From: Porphyridium purpureum
Taxonomy: Eukaryota
Direction: 5' to 3'
DNA: 64,000 bases
NCBI GenBank assembly: GCA_008690995.1
Contig: VRMN01000008.1
Coordinates: forward strand, 496,001-560,000
Made by a program: the position numbers and the translations under genes. The notes under the pieces are model-generated. The model was not told the origin of the DNA and ran no database searches. It saw nothing but the letters and a program-made list of their open reading frames with translations. This document shows, one piece after another, positions 10,361 through 20,487 of this stretch. Positions within the stretch are counted from its first letter, which is position 1; every line of letters starts with the position of its first letter.

Positions 10361-10433
10361 GAACTGTACTTGCGTACAGTTCTTCCATCTTGAAAATCAC
10401 AAAACAAGCCCACTTTCATAGATATCACTGTAC
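10361..10433. promoter_or_regulatory. GTACAGT/ACTGTAC motif cluster in the divergent WD40/BTAF1 intergenic region
   Basis: Copies at 10363, 10374 and 10427; the same heptamer clusters upstream of six other loci in this window. Confidence 0.55.
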
Positions 10434-10671
10434 TTCAAACTGAACATCACCATCCACGTGGCAGAGCTCGCTCCGGTGACCCTTTTTTAATTCTTTTTTA
10501 AACTTTACAAGAGGGTGAACATTGGCGTTAAAAAAGTGACAAAATGATAGAATGGGGTTGTTTTAGTAGACGCCGAGGCGAGTAGTATATAAAGGCGGTT
10601 GTTGGTGAGTGAGACACATAGAGCAAAGGAGAGGGAGGGAGAGCGGGAGAAGGAGAGAGAGGGTGAACGGT

Positions 10672-13600
10672 ATGGGGAGTGAGAACGATGTGGGTGAGGG
10701 TCATGGAGCCTCATCGTCGGTGAGTCGGCTGGACCAGCTGATCGAGATCATAGCTAGCGGGCGCACGGCCGAGCTGAGGCGCCTGGCCGCGGCGCAAGTA
10801 GGCGAGCTGGTCGCGGCGCACCCGCTGGAGGCCGCGCCCGTGCTGCGCCGCGTCTGCGCATTGCTCACGTCCAAGTCGTGGGACTGCCGCCTCGCCGCAG
10901 GAAGCGCCGTCGCAGCCATTGCAGATGTCACGCCAGGGTTCTCCGCCGCGCCAGCAGAGCCAGCCTCTGCGTCCGCGCGCGCCAGCTCCGAACAGGCCGC
11001 CGCGTGTTTCGTGTCAAGAAAGTGGCTCACCCTCGAAAAGCTCGCGCTCGATCAAATTCTCTCGCATGGCGCCCAGCTCTTTGGATCAACTGGCGACGAG
11101 TACGTCGTCGCGGCGGGCTCGGTCGACGTGCGAGAGCAGCGACGCCAGCTGCGCATGGATCTCGGCCTGGATTCGAAGCTGACGGGTAGCGATAATACCC
11201 AGGACGAAGACGACATGCTCGGCGTCAAGGATGAGGATCTGGCCGTGCAGCAAAACGAAGCGCCCAGAGCTTCCTCCGCACCGCACACAAAAGTGGAGGA
11301 GCTCATTGTCGAATTGGCGGAGGAGAAAGCGCAGCATTTGTCGGCGCGCGAGCGCAACAGACTGAAGCGCGAGGCTAAGAGACGGATACGCGGTCAAAAT
11401 AATAGTGCGGCGAATGGAAAAGATTTTGGAGCATGCAAGCAGCAGTCCCAAACAGGGAGAAAACGCTCGCTGACCCAATTTAAGACTAGCAATGTCGTGA
11501 ATGGCCGGGACGGCGGCGTCGAGGATGAAGGAGATGACACGTCGCAAGCAGACGGACTGGCCGGAGCGTCTATTGATGATGTGCTCGATTACTATGAGAA
11601 GGCGGACGAACAGTTTACAGATGCGGCGGACGACGAGCTGTGGATATTTAATTCAAGTTTGGAATTCCTGCGTGAATATTTGCTGAACGAGAGTTGGGAA
11701 ATGCGGCATGGCGCCGCTTTGGGATTTCGCGAAATTTTGATGCGGCATGCTTCTTCGGTCGGTCGCCGGAGTGCCGACCTGGAAAGAGCCGAACAGGAGA
11801 ACAAGCAGTGGTTGGAAGATATGGTTTGCCGCATGCTGTGTGTGCTTGCACTAGATCGTTTCGGTGATTTTGTGGGCGATACGGTTGTTGCGCCTGTCCG
11901 GGAAACCGCTGCGATGGCAATCGGTGCTGCAGCCAGGCCGCTCCCACTTTCGACAGTGCGAGCGATTCTCGAGAAATTGCTCTTCTTTCTCCACAAGGAG
12001 TACGGTGACGGCACGGATCCTATCAAAGGTGCCGACACTACGACAGCGACGCGATGGGAAGTGCGGCATGCTGGTCTGCTGGGCATCAAGTACCTTTTAG
12101 CGGTCCGGCGCGATGAGGCCCACATTTTACTCGCTCGTGCGTTGCCGCATCTGCAGGCCGGAGTCCAGGACGAAGATGACGATGTGCGAGCGGTGGCTGC
12201 GTCTTGCTTTTTACCGCTCAGTCGGGAATTAGCGGCTCATTTCCGTCAAGACGTTCAAGTGCTTGTCACCGTGCTCTGGGATGTGCTGCTCGATCTGGAC
12301 GACCTCAGCGCCTCGACCGCCGATATTCTTGAACTACTCGGTGAGTTGGTCAATCTCCAGAAGGATGATTCATCACTTTCTTACGATTCAGATTCGACTC
12401 TGGAATCGCACATTCCGCGTCTCTTTCCATTCTTCAGGCATGCAGCGGTGCGCGTGAGGCGTGCGGCACTTAAGTGCTTCGAAGCGATGCTGGAGCGCGT
12501 ATCCACAATGTGGTGCAGTGAAGCCTTGGAGAAGACTGCGAAATCGTGCTTCCAGGCCATTTTGCTACCAAGTCTAGAGGAAGTGTACCGGTGCGTGATC
12601 ATGGATCATGACCAGCAAGTGACCGCGTGTTCAAAGCGGCTGTGGCGATCTCTAATCTCCCTAGCTTCGAACGAAGGCCCTGCAGATAGCGGCATCACAA
12701 ATGCGGGTACCGAAGCAAAACATTTGCTGATAGAGACGGCGAACGCCAAGATGCAGTCGTGGGTGGAGCTGGCCTGCTTTGAAACCCGGTCTGACGCACT
12801 TCAGTTCGACCGGCAGAGAAGTCAAGGCATGAATGGAAGCTCAAGCGTTGCAGTTACAAGTATCAAGGGAAAGTCGCACCCGCCGGGTAAGCCGGGTCGC
12901 AGGCAGCAACAACAACAGCAGCAAGCGACGCGTGCAGATGTACATATTGAAGGAGGCGACGAAGGGGTCGAAATGCAATTGGCTGCTGCGGAAGCGCTTG
13001 CCGAGCTGTCGCTTTTGCCGGATGATGGCGGCGGTGCATTTGTACATAGTGTCATTCTTCCACTCACTCGGAGCGCGCGCGCGTTGGAGCGGCGCGTGGC
13101 GCTCGATATGTTTCGCAGCGTGATCGTCAAACGACGAGAACGTAGTCACGCGGGTGTACCTGTCCCTCTGACCGATGCGGATGCGGCTGTGTTCGAGTTC
13201 GTGACTGAGCTCGTGCAAAGCGGTGGAAGCACGGGCTCTATTGCGGAATTGGTGGGCAGAAGCAGCAGAGGTGGTCCTATTTTGGGTGGCATGCAGCAGC
13301 AGCTGTTCACAGACGTCTTGGCTTTGCTCAACATGTACCGCCGCGCGCTCGGCAGACAAATGGACGACGCAATCAAGCATGTCGAATCTTCTGTAATTGT
13401 GGACAGCCAAAATCGCCCAACAATTCACTTGAACGCACTCGAAACTGAATTAGACCGTGTTCTTGCTGCGGTCGGTTCCAATGGTGCGAGCCACGGACTG
13501 GATGTTGAGCAAGTATCTAGCCTTGTGATCGAAACGTTGACTGTGATTCCGCAAGCACTGACTGGAGCGCATGAGTTGTGGACACGGCATCGGGTTACAG

Positions 13601-16600
13601 CGGCCAAGTCACGTGAGACGTCCACGTCCAATGCGGAAGACCAAGCTCTGGGCGCGCTGCGGCTTCGTGTCCTGACAACCATCGGCTTTCTGACCGTTCG
13701 GAGACAGCAGTGGGTAGCTGCTCTTGGTGCCGCCGCTGCGAGCGTGCTTATCGAGTCAGACGTACGCGATTTGCCGAAAGCTGTGGGTGCGGTCATCAAG
13801 GCGGTGCTTGCAGGTGTGCGTACCGTCGAGTCGGACGCGCTGCGTGCGATCTTTTCACGTTGCACAAGCGTGCTTGTGTGGCGCTTACATAAGCGCCCAC
13901 CACCCAACAAGCCACTTGCGCTACTCTGTAAAAATCTGGGCAAGTTCTTGTCCCACGCGGAGAATGCGCTAGTATTGTACAGGTATGAAGTGGCAGCAGA
14001 GAGCGCGAAAGGAACGGGCTCGCCAGCTGCTGGGACCAAAGAACCACCACATGTGGTTGCCGCGCGTCGCGAGGCGCAGGGGCTTGTATCAGCGTTGAAG
14101 CTCGTATGCCAAAAGTTTGGCGAGACACTGTGGACTGCGCTGCCGTGGTTGTGGGATTTTATCTCTGCGCCGCTCGTAAACTTCAGCGCATGTGCGTCTG
14201 GAAGCGTAGGTGATCATGCTGATGGCGGTGGCGGGAAGAGTAGCGAGTTGCTGGACGCCATTTTTGTAGTACAGGCAGTGGCCGATTCTGTTCATGGATC
14301 GTTGCATGATGAATTTGCGGCCTTGTGCAAGTATTTGATCCAGGTGGCAGCTTCATCAGGCGGCAGTACCGGAAATATCTCCCTCTGCGAGCTTGCTTCC
14401 CAGGCACTCGGCAAAGTGGTGCTCGCGATGCCGTCGAAAGGAATGCAAGTAGCCATAGCTACCGTTCTGCCAATGCTGGATGTGAGTTCGGGCACTGATG
14501 CTAGCAGCCACGGCCCGTCGCGTGTGGGCGCTATTCGTGCACTGCTAAACATTGTCGAATCGCTTGACTTGGCACTGATTCCTTACGCTGCCTTCCTGGT
14601 GATCCCGGCCATGTCTCGCATGGTTGACACTGACGCGGAAGTGCGTGAGTGTGCGAGCCTTATTTTCGGAAACTGTGTCCGATTAATGCCGCTCGAACAA
14701 GGCTCCGCCGGCGCGGCTGATGACCAGACCTGGTCGGAACACATGAAAGCAGAGCGCCAGCGCGCGCGAACATTTATGGCCAAGCTTACTGGTGCAGCGC
14801 CTCGCGACCCGTACGTCATGCAGGTGCCTATCGGGGACGGTGTGTCGTTGCGCCACTATCAACAGGATTGCCTCGATTGGCTTGCGTTTCTGAACGAGTA
14901 CCAACTCCATGGCGCGCTGTGCGATGACATGGGTCTCGGAAAGACGCTCATGACACTCTGCATTATCGCTAATGAGACCTTCAAGCATGAACAGAGGCTA
15001 CTCAGTACCGCGGAGGCTATTCGCATACTGCCGTCGTTGGTGGTTTGCCCATGTACCCTGGTCGGGCATTGGGCACAAGAAGCAGAGCGGTTTTTCGGAC
15101 CCGTGTTAAGTCCTGTGCTGATGTACTACGGCAACGCACAAGAGCGTAGCAGAGCACGCGCGCTTCTGGGATCTGGAGGTGCAGTGCGGTATCGGCTTAT
15201 CATTGCGTCATATGAGGCGCTCGCATCCGATCTCGATGTGTTTGTGGACACACAGTGGAAGTACTTGGTAGCGGACGAAGGGCATGTAATTAAGAATGTC
15301 AACACCAAAGTCTCTCGCGCTGTGCGGCGGCTGAACGCAGCACACCGGCTACTCTTATCTGGTACACCTATACAGAATAGCGTGTACGAGCTGTGGAGCA
15401 TCTTTGATTTTTTGATGCCTGGATTTCTTGGTACACAAAAAGAGTTCCGAGACAAGTATGGCAAACCAATCATGGCGTCAAGAGATCCCAAGTGTACTGA
15501 GCAAGGCCGTGCCGACGGCAAGAAAGCTATGGAGTCTTTACATCGACAAGTGCTCCCGTTCATCATGCGTAGGGTCAAGGACGACGTTTTGCAAGAACTC
15601 CCGCCGAAGATCATTCAAGATTTGTACAGTGACATGAGCCCGTTGCAGGCGGTTTTGTACGAGGAATTCTCAGAGCGCGTTCTCCAAAGTGGATTTGAGC
15701 TGGACAACAAGGACCGGGAATCCCTCATTGATGACGGCACATTCGAAGACGCAGAATCTGGCGGGTCCTCGGCTTCCACGCACGTGTTTCAGGCCCTGCA
15801 ATATCTTCGTCGGTTGTGCAGTCATCCCAAGTTGGTGCTCCAGCCGGGTGGCGTGCTCAGTAGACGGGCCGCGGAAGAATTGGAGGCGTGTGGCGCTTCC
15901 CTGAACGATGTAGATGTGAGTTCTAAGCTTGCGTCGCTTCGGGAATTGCTTGTCGAGTGTGGAATAGGCACTAAATCATCGGCACCCACAACGTTGACGC
16001 AAGACGACGCAGGGCACCGTGTGCTGATTTTCGCGCAGTACAAGGCGATGCTGGACATTGTCGAGGAGGACCTGCTGCGGAAAGTCATGCCGAGCGTCTC
16101 GTTTATGCGTCTGGACGGATCGGTCGAGGTGAGTAAGCGGCATGGTATTGTGACACGATTCAATGCTGACCCTACCATTGATGTTCTGCTTTTAACCACG
16201 CAAGTTGGCGGGCTCGGGCTCAACTTGACGGGCGCGGATACGGTTGTTTTCCTCGAGCACGACTGGAACCCAGCGAAAGATTTGCAAGCCATGGATCGCG
16301 CGCATCGAATGGGACAAAAGCGCACGGTGAATGTGTATCGTCTTATTACCCGCGGTTCACTCGAAGAGAAAGTGCTTGGTCTACAGCGCTTCAAGCAACA
16401 CGTGGCCAACACGGTGATCAACAAGAGCAACGCCAGCCTTGCTGGGATGAACACGGGACAGCTGCTCGAGCTCTTCCACGTCGGCACCGGCAGTTTCAGC
16501 CGCAGCAGCCAGCAGCAGAACTCCAGACCGGGGCTGGGCAGCCGGGGGTCCCGCGTCGCGTCCTCCAAGCTGCAGGATGCGCTGGAAGACTTGGACAAGT

Positions 16601-16695
16601 CTACGCAGGCGGAGCAGATGGACGATGGCGATGACGCATATGGAACCGACTTTGACGTTAACGCTTATCTGAAGGCAATTGAGGGTAAGAAGTGA
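10672..16695 (+). CDS. BTAF1: TATA-binding protein-associated SNF2 ATPase BTAF1/MOT1
   Basis: SRLDQL N-terminus, LSARERNRLKR, LALDRFGDFVGDTVVAPVRET, WEVRHAGLLGIKY, LCDDMGLGKT, DEGH, LLLSGTPIQN, HDWNPAKDLQAMDRAHRMGQ. First ATG at 10672. Confidence 0.97.
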   Translation: MGSENDVGEGHGASSSVSRLDQLIEIIASGRTAELRRLAAAQVGELVAAHPLEAAPVLRRVCALLTSKSWDCRLAAGSAVAAIADVTPGFSAAPAEPASASARASSEQAAACFVSRKWLTLEKLALDQILSHGAQLFGSTGDEYVVAAGSVDVREQRRQLRMDLGLDSKLTGSDNTQDEDDMLGVKDEDLAVQQNEAPRASSAPHTKVEELIVELAEEKAQHLSARERNRLKREAKRRIRGQNNSAANGKDFGACKQQSQTGRKRSLTQFKTSNVVNGRDGGVEDEGDDTSQADGLAGASIDDVLDYYEKADEQFTDAADDELWIFNSSLEFLREYLLNESWEMRHGAALGFREILMRHASSVGRRSADLERAEQENKQWLEDMVCRMLCVLALDRFGDFVGDTVVAPVRETAAMAIGAAARPLPLSTVRAILEKLLFFLHKEYGDGTDPIKGADTTTATRWEVRHAGLLGIKYLLAVRRDEAHILLARALPHLQAGVQDEDDDVRAVAASCFLPLSRELAAHFRQDVQVLVTVLWDVLLDLDDLSASTADILELLGELVNLQKDDSSLSYDSDSTLESHIPRLFPFFRHAAVRVRRAALKCFEAMLERVSTMWCSEALEKTAKSCFQAILLPSLEEVYRCVIMDHDQQVTACSKRLWRSLISLASNEGPADSGITNAGTEAKHLLIETANAKMQSWVELACFETRSDALQFDRQRSQGMNGSSSVAVTSIKGKSHPPGKPGRRQQQQQQQATRADVHIEGGDEGVEMQLAAAEALAELSLLPDDGGGAFVHSVILPLTRSARALERRVALDMFRSVIVKRRERSHAGVPVPLTDADAAVFEFVTELVQSGGSTGSIAELVGRSSRGGPILGGMQQQLFTDVLALLNMYRRALGRQMDDAIKHVESSVIVDSQNRPTIHLNALETELDRVLAAVGSNGASHGLDVEQVSSLVIETLTVIPQALTGAHELWTRHRVTAAKSRETSTSNAEDQALGALRLRVLTTIGFLTVRRQQWVAALGAAAASVLIESDVRDLPKAVGAVIKAVLAGVRTVESDALRAIFSRCTSVLVWRLHKRPPPNKPLALLCKNLGKFLSHAENALVLYRYEVAAESAKGTGSPAAGTKEPPHVVAARREAQGLVSALKLVCQKFGETLWTALPWLWDFISAPLVNFSACASGSVGDHADGGGGKSSELLDAIFVVQAVADSVHGSLHDEFAALCKYLIQVAASSGGSTGNISLCELASQALGKVVLAMPSKGMQVAIATVLPMLDVSSGTDASSHGPSRVGAIRALLNIVESLDLALIPYAAFLVIPAMSRMVDTDAEVRECASLIFGNCVRLMPLEQGSAGAADDQTWSEHMKAERQRARTFMAKLTGAAPRDPYVMQVPIGDGVSLRHYQQDCLDWLAFLNEYQLHGALCDDMGLGKTLMTLCIIANETFKHEQRLLSTAEAIRILPSLVVCPCTLVGHWAQEAERFFGPVLSPVLMYYGNAQERSRARALLGSGGAVRYRLIIASYEALASDLDVFVDTQWKYLVADEGHVIKNVNTKVSRAVRRLNAAHRLLLSGTPIQNSVYELWSIFDFLMPGFLGTQKEFRDKYGKPIMASRDPKCTEQGRADGKKAMESLHRQVLPFIMRRVKDDVLQELPPKIIQDLYSDMSPLQAVLYEEFSERVLQSGFELDNKDRESLIDDGTFEDAESGGSSASTHVFQALQYLRRLCSHPKLVLQPGGVLSRRAAEELEACGASLNDVDVSSKLASLRELLVECGIGTKSSAPTTLTQDDAGHRVLIFAQYKAMLDIVEEDLLRKVMPSVSFMRLDGSVEVSKRHGIVTRFNADPTIDVLLLTTQVGGLGLNLTGADTVVFLEHDWNPAKDLQAMDRAHRMGQKRTVNVYRLITRGSLEEKVLGLQRFKQHVANTVINKSNASLAGMNTGQLLELFHVGTGSFSRSSQQQNSRPGLGSRGSRVASSKLQDALEDLDKSTQAEQMDDGDDAYGTDFDVNAYLKAIEGKK

Positions 16696-16891
16696 CGGGA
16701 TTGCGGATAAACCTGCAAGGCTGGACAAGTCGAGTGTGCGCGTTGACGCACGTAAAAATAAAGCGAACCCCTTGTATATTGGACGCGAATCGACTCACCG
16801 GGCGTCAAGATGCTCTGCTAGAAACCCCGGACGCCTGCATGCTCACAGGCTTCAATTGTTGGCGCTGGAAACAGTAGAGTCGAGAAACTTG

Positions 16892-17368
16892 ATGGCGATG
16901 TTGCGACGTGTCGGCAAAGTATTCAAGGGCCGCGTGCCTGGTTACCAGCGAGCTTATGCGTCGGAAACTGGCAAGCCAGAGTGGTTGAAAGATCACCTGG
17001 CAAACCCGCAGGGTGCACCGGTGCATGGACTCGGCGCGATGAGCGAATTGAGCTCGAGGCAGAAACGCGCGCTGTATCGGTCGAAGCAGCGCGGGTGGCT
17101 TGAAATGGACGTTATTCTTGGGCGCTGGACGTCGCTGCACATGCAGCGGCTTCTCGAATCCCAGAAGCCGGGCGCGCCGCCGTCTGTACTCGGCGACGAG
17201 CAAGGAATGGCTCAGTTGGAGCGGATTCTTGACGCCGAGACACCCGATATTTTCAAGTGGGTAACGGGACAGCAGGAACCGCCCGCAGATGTGGGAGGCA
17301 GTACGGTATTTCAGAGCATCCAGGAATTCGCGTTTGGTGCAGGAAACATCTCTACCCGCAAGGAGTAG
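16892..17368 (+). CDS. SDHAF2: Succinate dehydrogenase assembly factor 2 (Sdh5), mitochondrial
   Basis: KRALYRSKQRGWLEMDVILG and ETPDIFKWVTG motifs; Arg-rich presequence from ATG 16892. Confidence 0.92.
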   Translation: MAMLRRVGKVFKGRVPGYQRAYASETGKPEWLKDHLANPQGAPVHGLGAMSELSSRQKRALYRSKQRGWLEMDVILGRWTSLHMQRLLESQKPGAPPSVLGDEQGMAQLERILDAETPDIFKWVTGQQEPPADVGGSTVFQSIQEFAFGAGNISTRKE

Positions 17369-17453
17369 GATACAAAGGACACAACTTTGCTTTTATTTCT
17401 CGTGAAAATGAATCGTAAAATCACCAAACGGCAGAAAGTCATTGAGAGGTGCC

Positions 17454-18644
17454 TCATTTTTTCGGCTCGATACCGGCTACCCTTTCGGCCTGTGCTTGTG
17501 CCATGTGCTTTGCCTGCGATCTGGCCATGGCCTTGACACTAACCACCCTCCGCGCGCTATGCGCGGCTTTGCCGGTGTAGAAACCAGCCGCGAGCACGTT
17601 GCCCGTGGCATGAGCGGCGTTCGGGCCGTATTTTTTGGTAGTGTACTGTTCCTGTCCTTCGTTTGCCTTGACCAGCACCTGTGTATATCCTTGGCCCAGC
17701 GCTTCACTGACCTCGTTGTACCCTTCTAATGATGCTGCAACGATCCTGCGCATCGACTTTTTGCGCTCGCTGTCGGATTCCTTGATTACGACATGCTTTT
17801 CCGCATGCTTATTCACCTTGCCGCTCACCTTGTCTGTGACCTTACCCACACTTGTCGCAACACACTTGGTGGTCTTGCGCGCCAACGAAGAAGTCTTGAC
17901 CGTGCCCGTACTGACATCTTTACCCGTGGGCTTGACCGTCGACGTCTTTTTTTCAGCGTACGACTCGATTTTGGTCGCCGTGCTGTCGGCATTTTCTAAG
18001 ATTTTTGTGCTGAGCCAAGCGGAAAACTTGATGATCTTGGCTGCGGTCTTGTTGTCCTCATTTTCTGCTGTGAGTGTCTGCGCGTCGGCGAGCACTGCCG
18101 CGTGCATTACGGCTTGTCCTTCTTCGCTGAATTCGGAGAAGCGATCCTCCTCCTCGCGACCACCACCGACTTCCTCAAACCTGAACGAGTGATCCGTCGA
18201 GTACGTAACATGGTCCTTAAAAATCGCATCCAACGCTGGGTCAAACGCTGGCATCACGAGCCCGAGAGCATCGTTTGGTAGCAGGAACATCAACTCGTTC
18301 GGCGATAGACTCACGACACGGTCCTGCTTGAGCACAAACCAACGAATGTCGCCAATTTCTATGACCAAACAAGTCTCCGTAGTCTCAGGTGTGCTTCCTA
18401 TGGTGGAGCGCCACACCCACATCGGACCAAGCGCAATCACACTGCCCTTACCGTACGCTGGATGCACTTGCAGTAGCACGTTCGGCGGCATTTCGCGGTA
18501 CAGCAGTAGCGTGTTCTGCGACACGCCCGGGAAGCTCAGCCCCGCTGTCTCTGCACCTTGGCGATTGTACGTCTCCACCGTTGGATACCGAATCTCGTCG
18601 TCGCCGGTGAAGGCGGGCGCCGCCATCGTCAGCGAAGTACTCAT
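17454..18644 (-). CDS. Senescence-domain (spartin/ERD7-like) protein
   Basis: N-terminal beta-rich region followed by a helical C-terminal region (AAKIIKFSAWLSTKI...ASLEGYNEVSEALGQG...KKYGPNAAHATGN) typical of the senescence domain. First ATG at 18644. Confidence 0.72.
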   Translation of the reverse strand: MSTSLTMAAPAFTGDDEIRYPTVETYNRQGAETAGLSFPGVSQNTLLLYREMPPNVLLQVHPAYGKGSVIALGPMWVWRSTIGSTPETTETCLVIEIGDIRWFVLKQDRVVSLSPNELMFLLPNDALGLVMPAFDPALDAIFKDHVTYSTDHSFRFEEVGGGREEEDRFSEFSEEGQAVMHAAVLADAQTLTAENEDNKTAAKIIKFSAWLSTKILENADSTATKIESYAEKKTSTVKPTGKDVSTGTVKTSSLARKTTKCVATSVGKVTDKVSGKVNKHAEKHVVIKESDSERKKSMRRIVAASLEGYNEVSEALGQGYTQVLVKANEGQEQYTTKKYGPNAAHATGNVLAAGFYTGKAAHSARRVVSVKAMARSQAKHMAQAQAERVAGIEPKK

Positions 18645-18839
18645 TTGCGCGCCTGATTGTGTTATCGTCACAGCTGACTGAACTTCAGCCACGGGCTCAA
18701 TGCACTTCGTCGCGCAATCTTCTCTTTGTCCGCCGCTGCCACCACTACGCGCTTCCTCCTTTTCGGCAGAAACATACGGAGGCCGGCCTTCGAACGTTTT
18801 TTTTGGCTTTGTGGACGAGCAGAGGAAGCGACTTGCGTG

Positions 18840-19529
18840 ATGAGTGGCGCTCTTCCTTCGCCAGTGGCGCTGGCAGTTTTGAAGCGCGAACTGCGCAAAG
18901 CGGTGCGTGCGCGAGTGAAGCAGGTGAGCGAGGAGGAGATCCGGCGGCAGAGCGAGCGTGTGCGGCTCAAGTTAAAAGAGCTGCCCGAGTACCGCGCCGC
19001 GACGACTGTTGCGCTGTTTATTTCGATGCCGCACGAAATCGACACGCGCGGCATGATCGAGGACGTGTTTGCGAGCGGAAAGCGGTGCTTTTTCCCGGTG
19101 ATCACGGGGCAGCACAGCTCAGACATGGCGCTTCGCGAAGGGTTGAGTGTGTCTGACATTGCCAGCTGGCCAGAGAACCATTGGCACATCAAAGAACCAC
19201 CGCCGACCATTGCCATATCAGCAGCTCAAGTGGAACCACGCCAAGACGCACTAACCGATGTCTGTCTAGACCTGATGATCATGCCCGGCGTGGCGTTCGA
19301 CGCACAATGCGGCCGGCTCGGCCAGGGCAAGGGCTTCTACGACAAGCTTCTCAGCACGTACCAAAGCGCATACGCCGACTTGAAGTATCCGATGGTGCGC
19401 ACTGTTGCAATTGGGCTCAATGAGCAGCTCGTGCCGGAAGTCCCAATGGACCCGACCGACTATTCGCTCGACAAGGTCTGTCTCGCAGACTACTTGTTCG
19501 AAGCCGCACACGCCAATCCGCAAGCGTGA
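18840..19529 (+). CDS. MTHFS: 5-formyltetrahydrofolate cyclo-ligase
   Basis: KRELRK, ISMPHEIDT, WHIKEP, DLMIMPGVAFD..CGRLGQGKGFYD, VPMDPTD motifs. Confidence 0.95.
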   Translation: MSGALPSPVALAVLKRELRKAVRARVKQVSEEEIRRQSERVRLKLKELPEYRAATTVALFISMPHEIDTRGMIEDVFASGKRCFFPVITGQHSSDMALREGLSVSDIASWPENHWHIKEPPPTIAISAAQVEPRQDALTDVCLDLMIMPGVAFDAQCGRLGQGKGFYDKLLSTYQSAYADLKYPMVRTVAIGLNEQLVPEVPMDPTDYSLDKVCLADYLFEAAHANPQA

Positions 19530-19746
19530 AACGCCGCTTTTATATGTAAACATACCCAATTTATGAGAAAAAGGTACAGTCGCTTCTCAACATGAATGGT
19601 TGAGCTCGCGAGATTCCGGACTGGAGCACTGAGAGGCAGGCCGGTTGGTTTGGAGTTTGTGTTTGGGTTTGTGCAGGCGAGGATTGGTCTTTTTAGGAGA
19701 GCAGCAAGGGTTGCGGTACGAGTGCGTGACACCCAGAAAACTGGCG

Positions 19747-20475
19747 ATGAGCGCGTTCGTGGCAAACGGCGCCGCGCCGCCAGGACGCAGACGGTGCAAA
19801 GCGTTTGCGAACCGCTGCGAAACGTGCGCGAGTGAGCGCTCGCCGATGAAGATGGGTTTGGATGGTGATGAGATGGCAGCACGTCGTGGTGCGGAGATCC
19901 ACGCAGAGCCAGAGTTGGCACGGGCTGAGGCTGTCGTGTCCAGGCGCACGGCGCTGGCGCAGGCGCTAGCTGTGGGCTCGGCAATGTCCTCGCTCGCGCT
20001 CGTGCCCCTCCCCGCATACGCGCTCAGCAAGCGCCGTCTCAAGTTCAAGACTGACTGGTTGCCGGCAGAGAAGGTTCCCGAGTCTGGTGTGCGCTTTCGC
20101 GAAATCACGGTAGGCTCGGGTATTGAGCCCCGCGACGGCGATCAGGTCGCCATTCATTTCAGCCTTTTCTACAATGATCTGGAAGTGGAGTCGTCTCGCG
20201 AATCGCAAGGCCTGGCTGCTTCCCCGTATGGATTTACTTTTGGCCGCAGTTCTGGGCCCGGTAGCACAGTGCCTGGGATCAATATCGGCATGGCCGGTAT
20301 GAAGGTCGGCGGGTTACGCCTCATCGAGATCCCTGCAAACTATGCATTCGGCAAGCGCGGCAAGAAGCCCATGATCCCGCCAGACGCCACGGTCGAGTAT
20401 GCCGTGCAGCTGCTCTCCTGCAAACGATCAGGCACCAACACCAACGTGTCTGGCATCGGTTCGAGCATGTTTTAG
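19747..20475 (+). CDS. FKBP-type peptidyl-prolyl isomerase, predicted thylakoid lumen
   Basis: Transit peptide MSAFV..., twin-Arg SRR plus hydrophobic stretch plus AYA cleavage site; GMKVGGLRLIEIPANYAFG, IPPDATVEYAVQL. Confidence 0.9.
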   Translation: MSAFVANGAAPPGRRRCKAFANRCETCASERSPMKMGLDGDEMAARRGAEIHAEPELARAEAVVSRRTALAQALAVGSAMSSLALVPLPAYALSKRRLKFKTDWLPAEKVPESGVRFREITVGSGIEPRDGDQVAIHFSLFYNDLEVESSRESQGLAASPYGFTFGRSSGPGSTVPGINIGMAGMKVGGLRLIEIPANYAFGKRGKKPMIPPDATVEYAVQLLSCKRSGTNTNVSGIGSSMF

Positions 20476-20487
20476 GAAGTGGAATAA

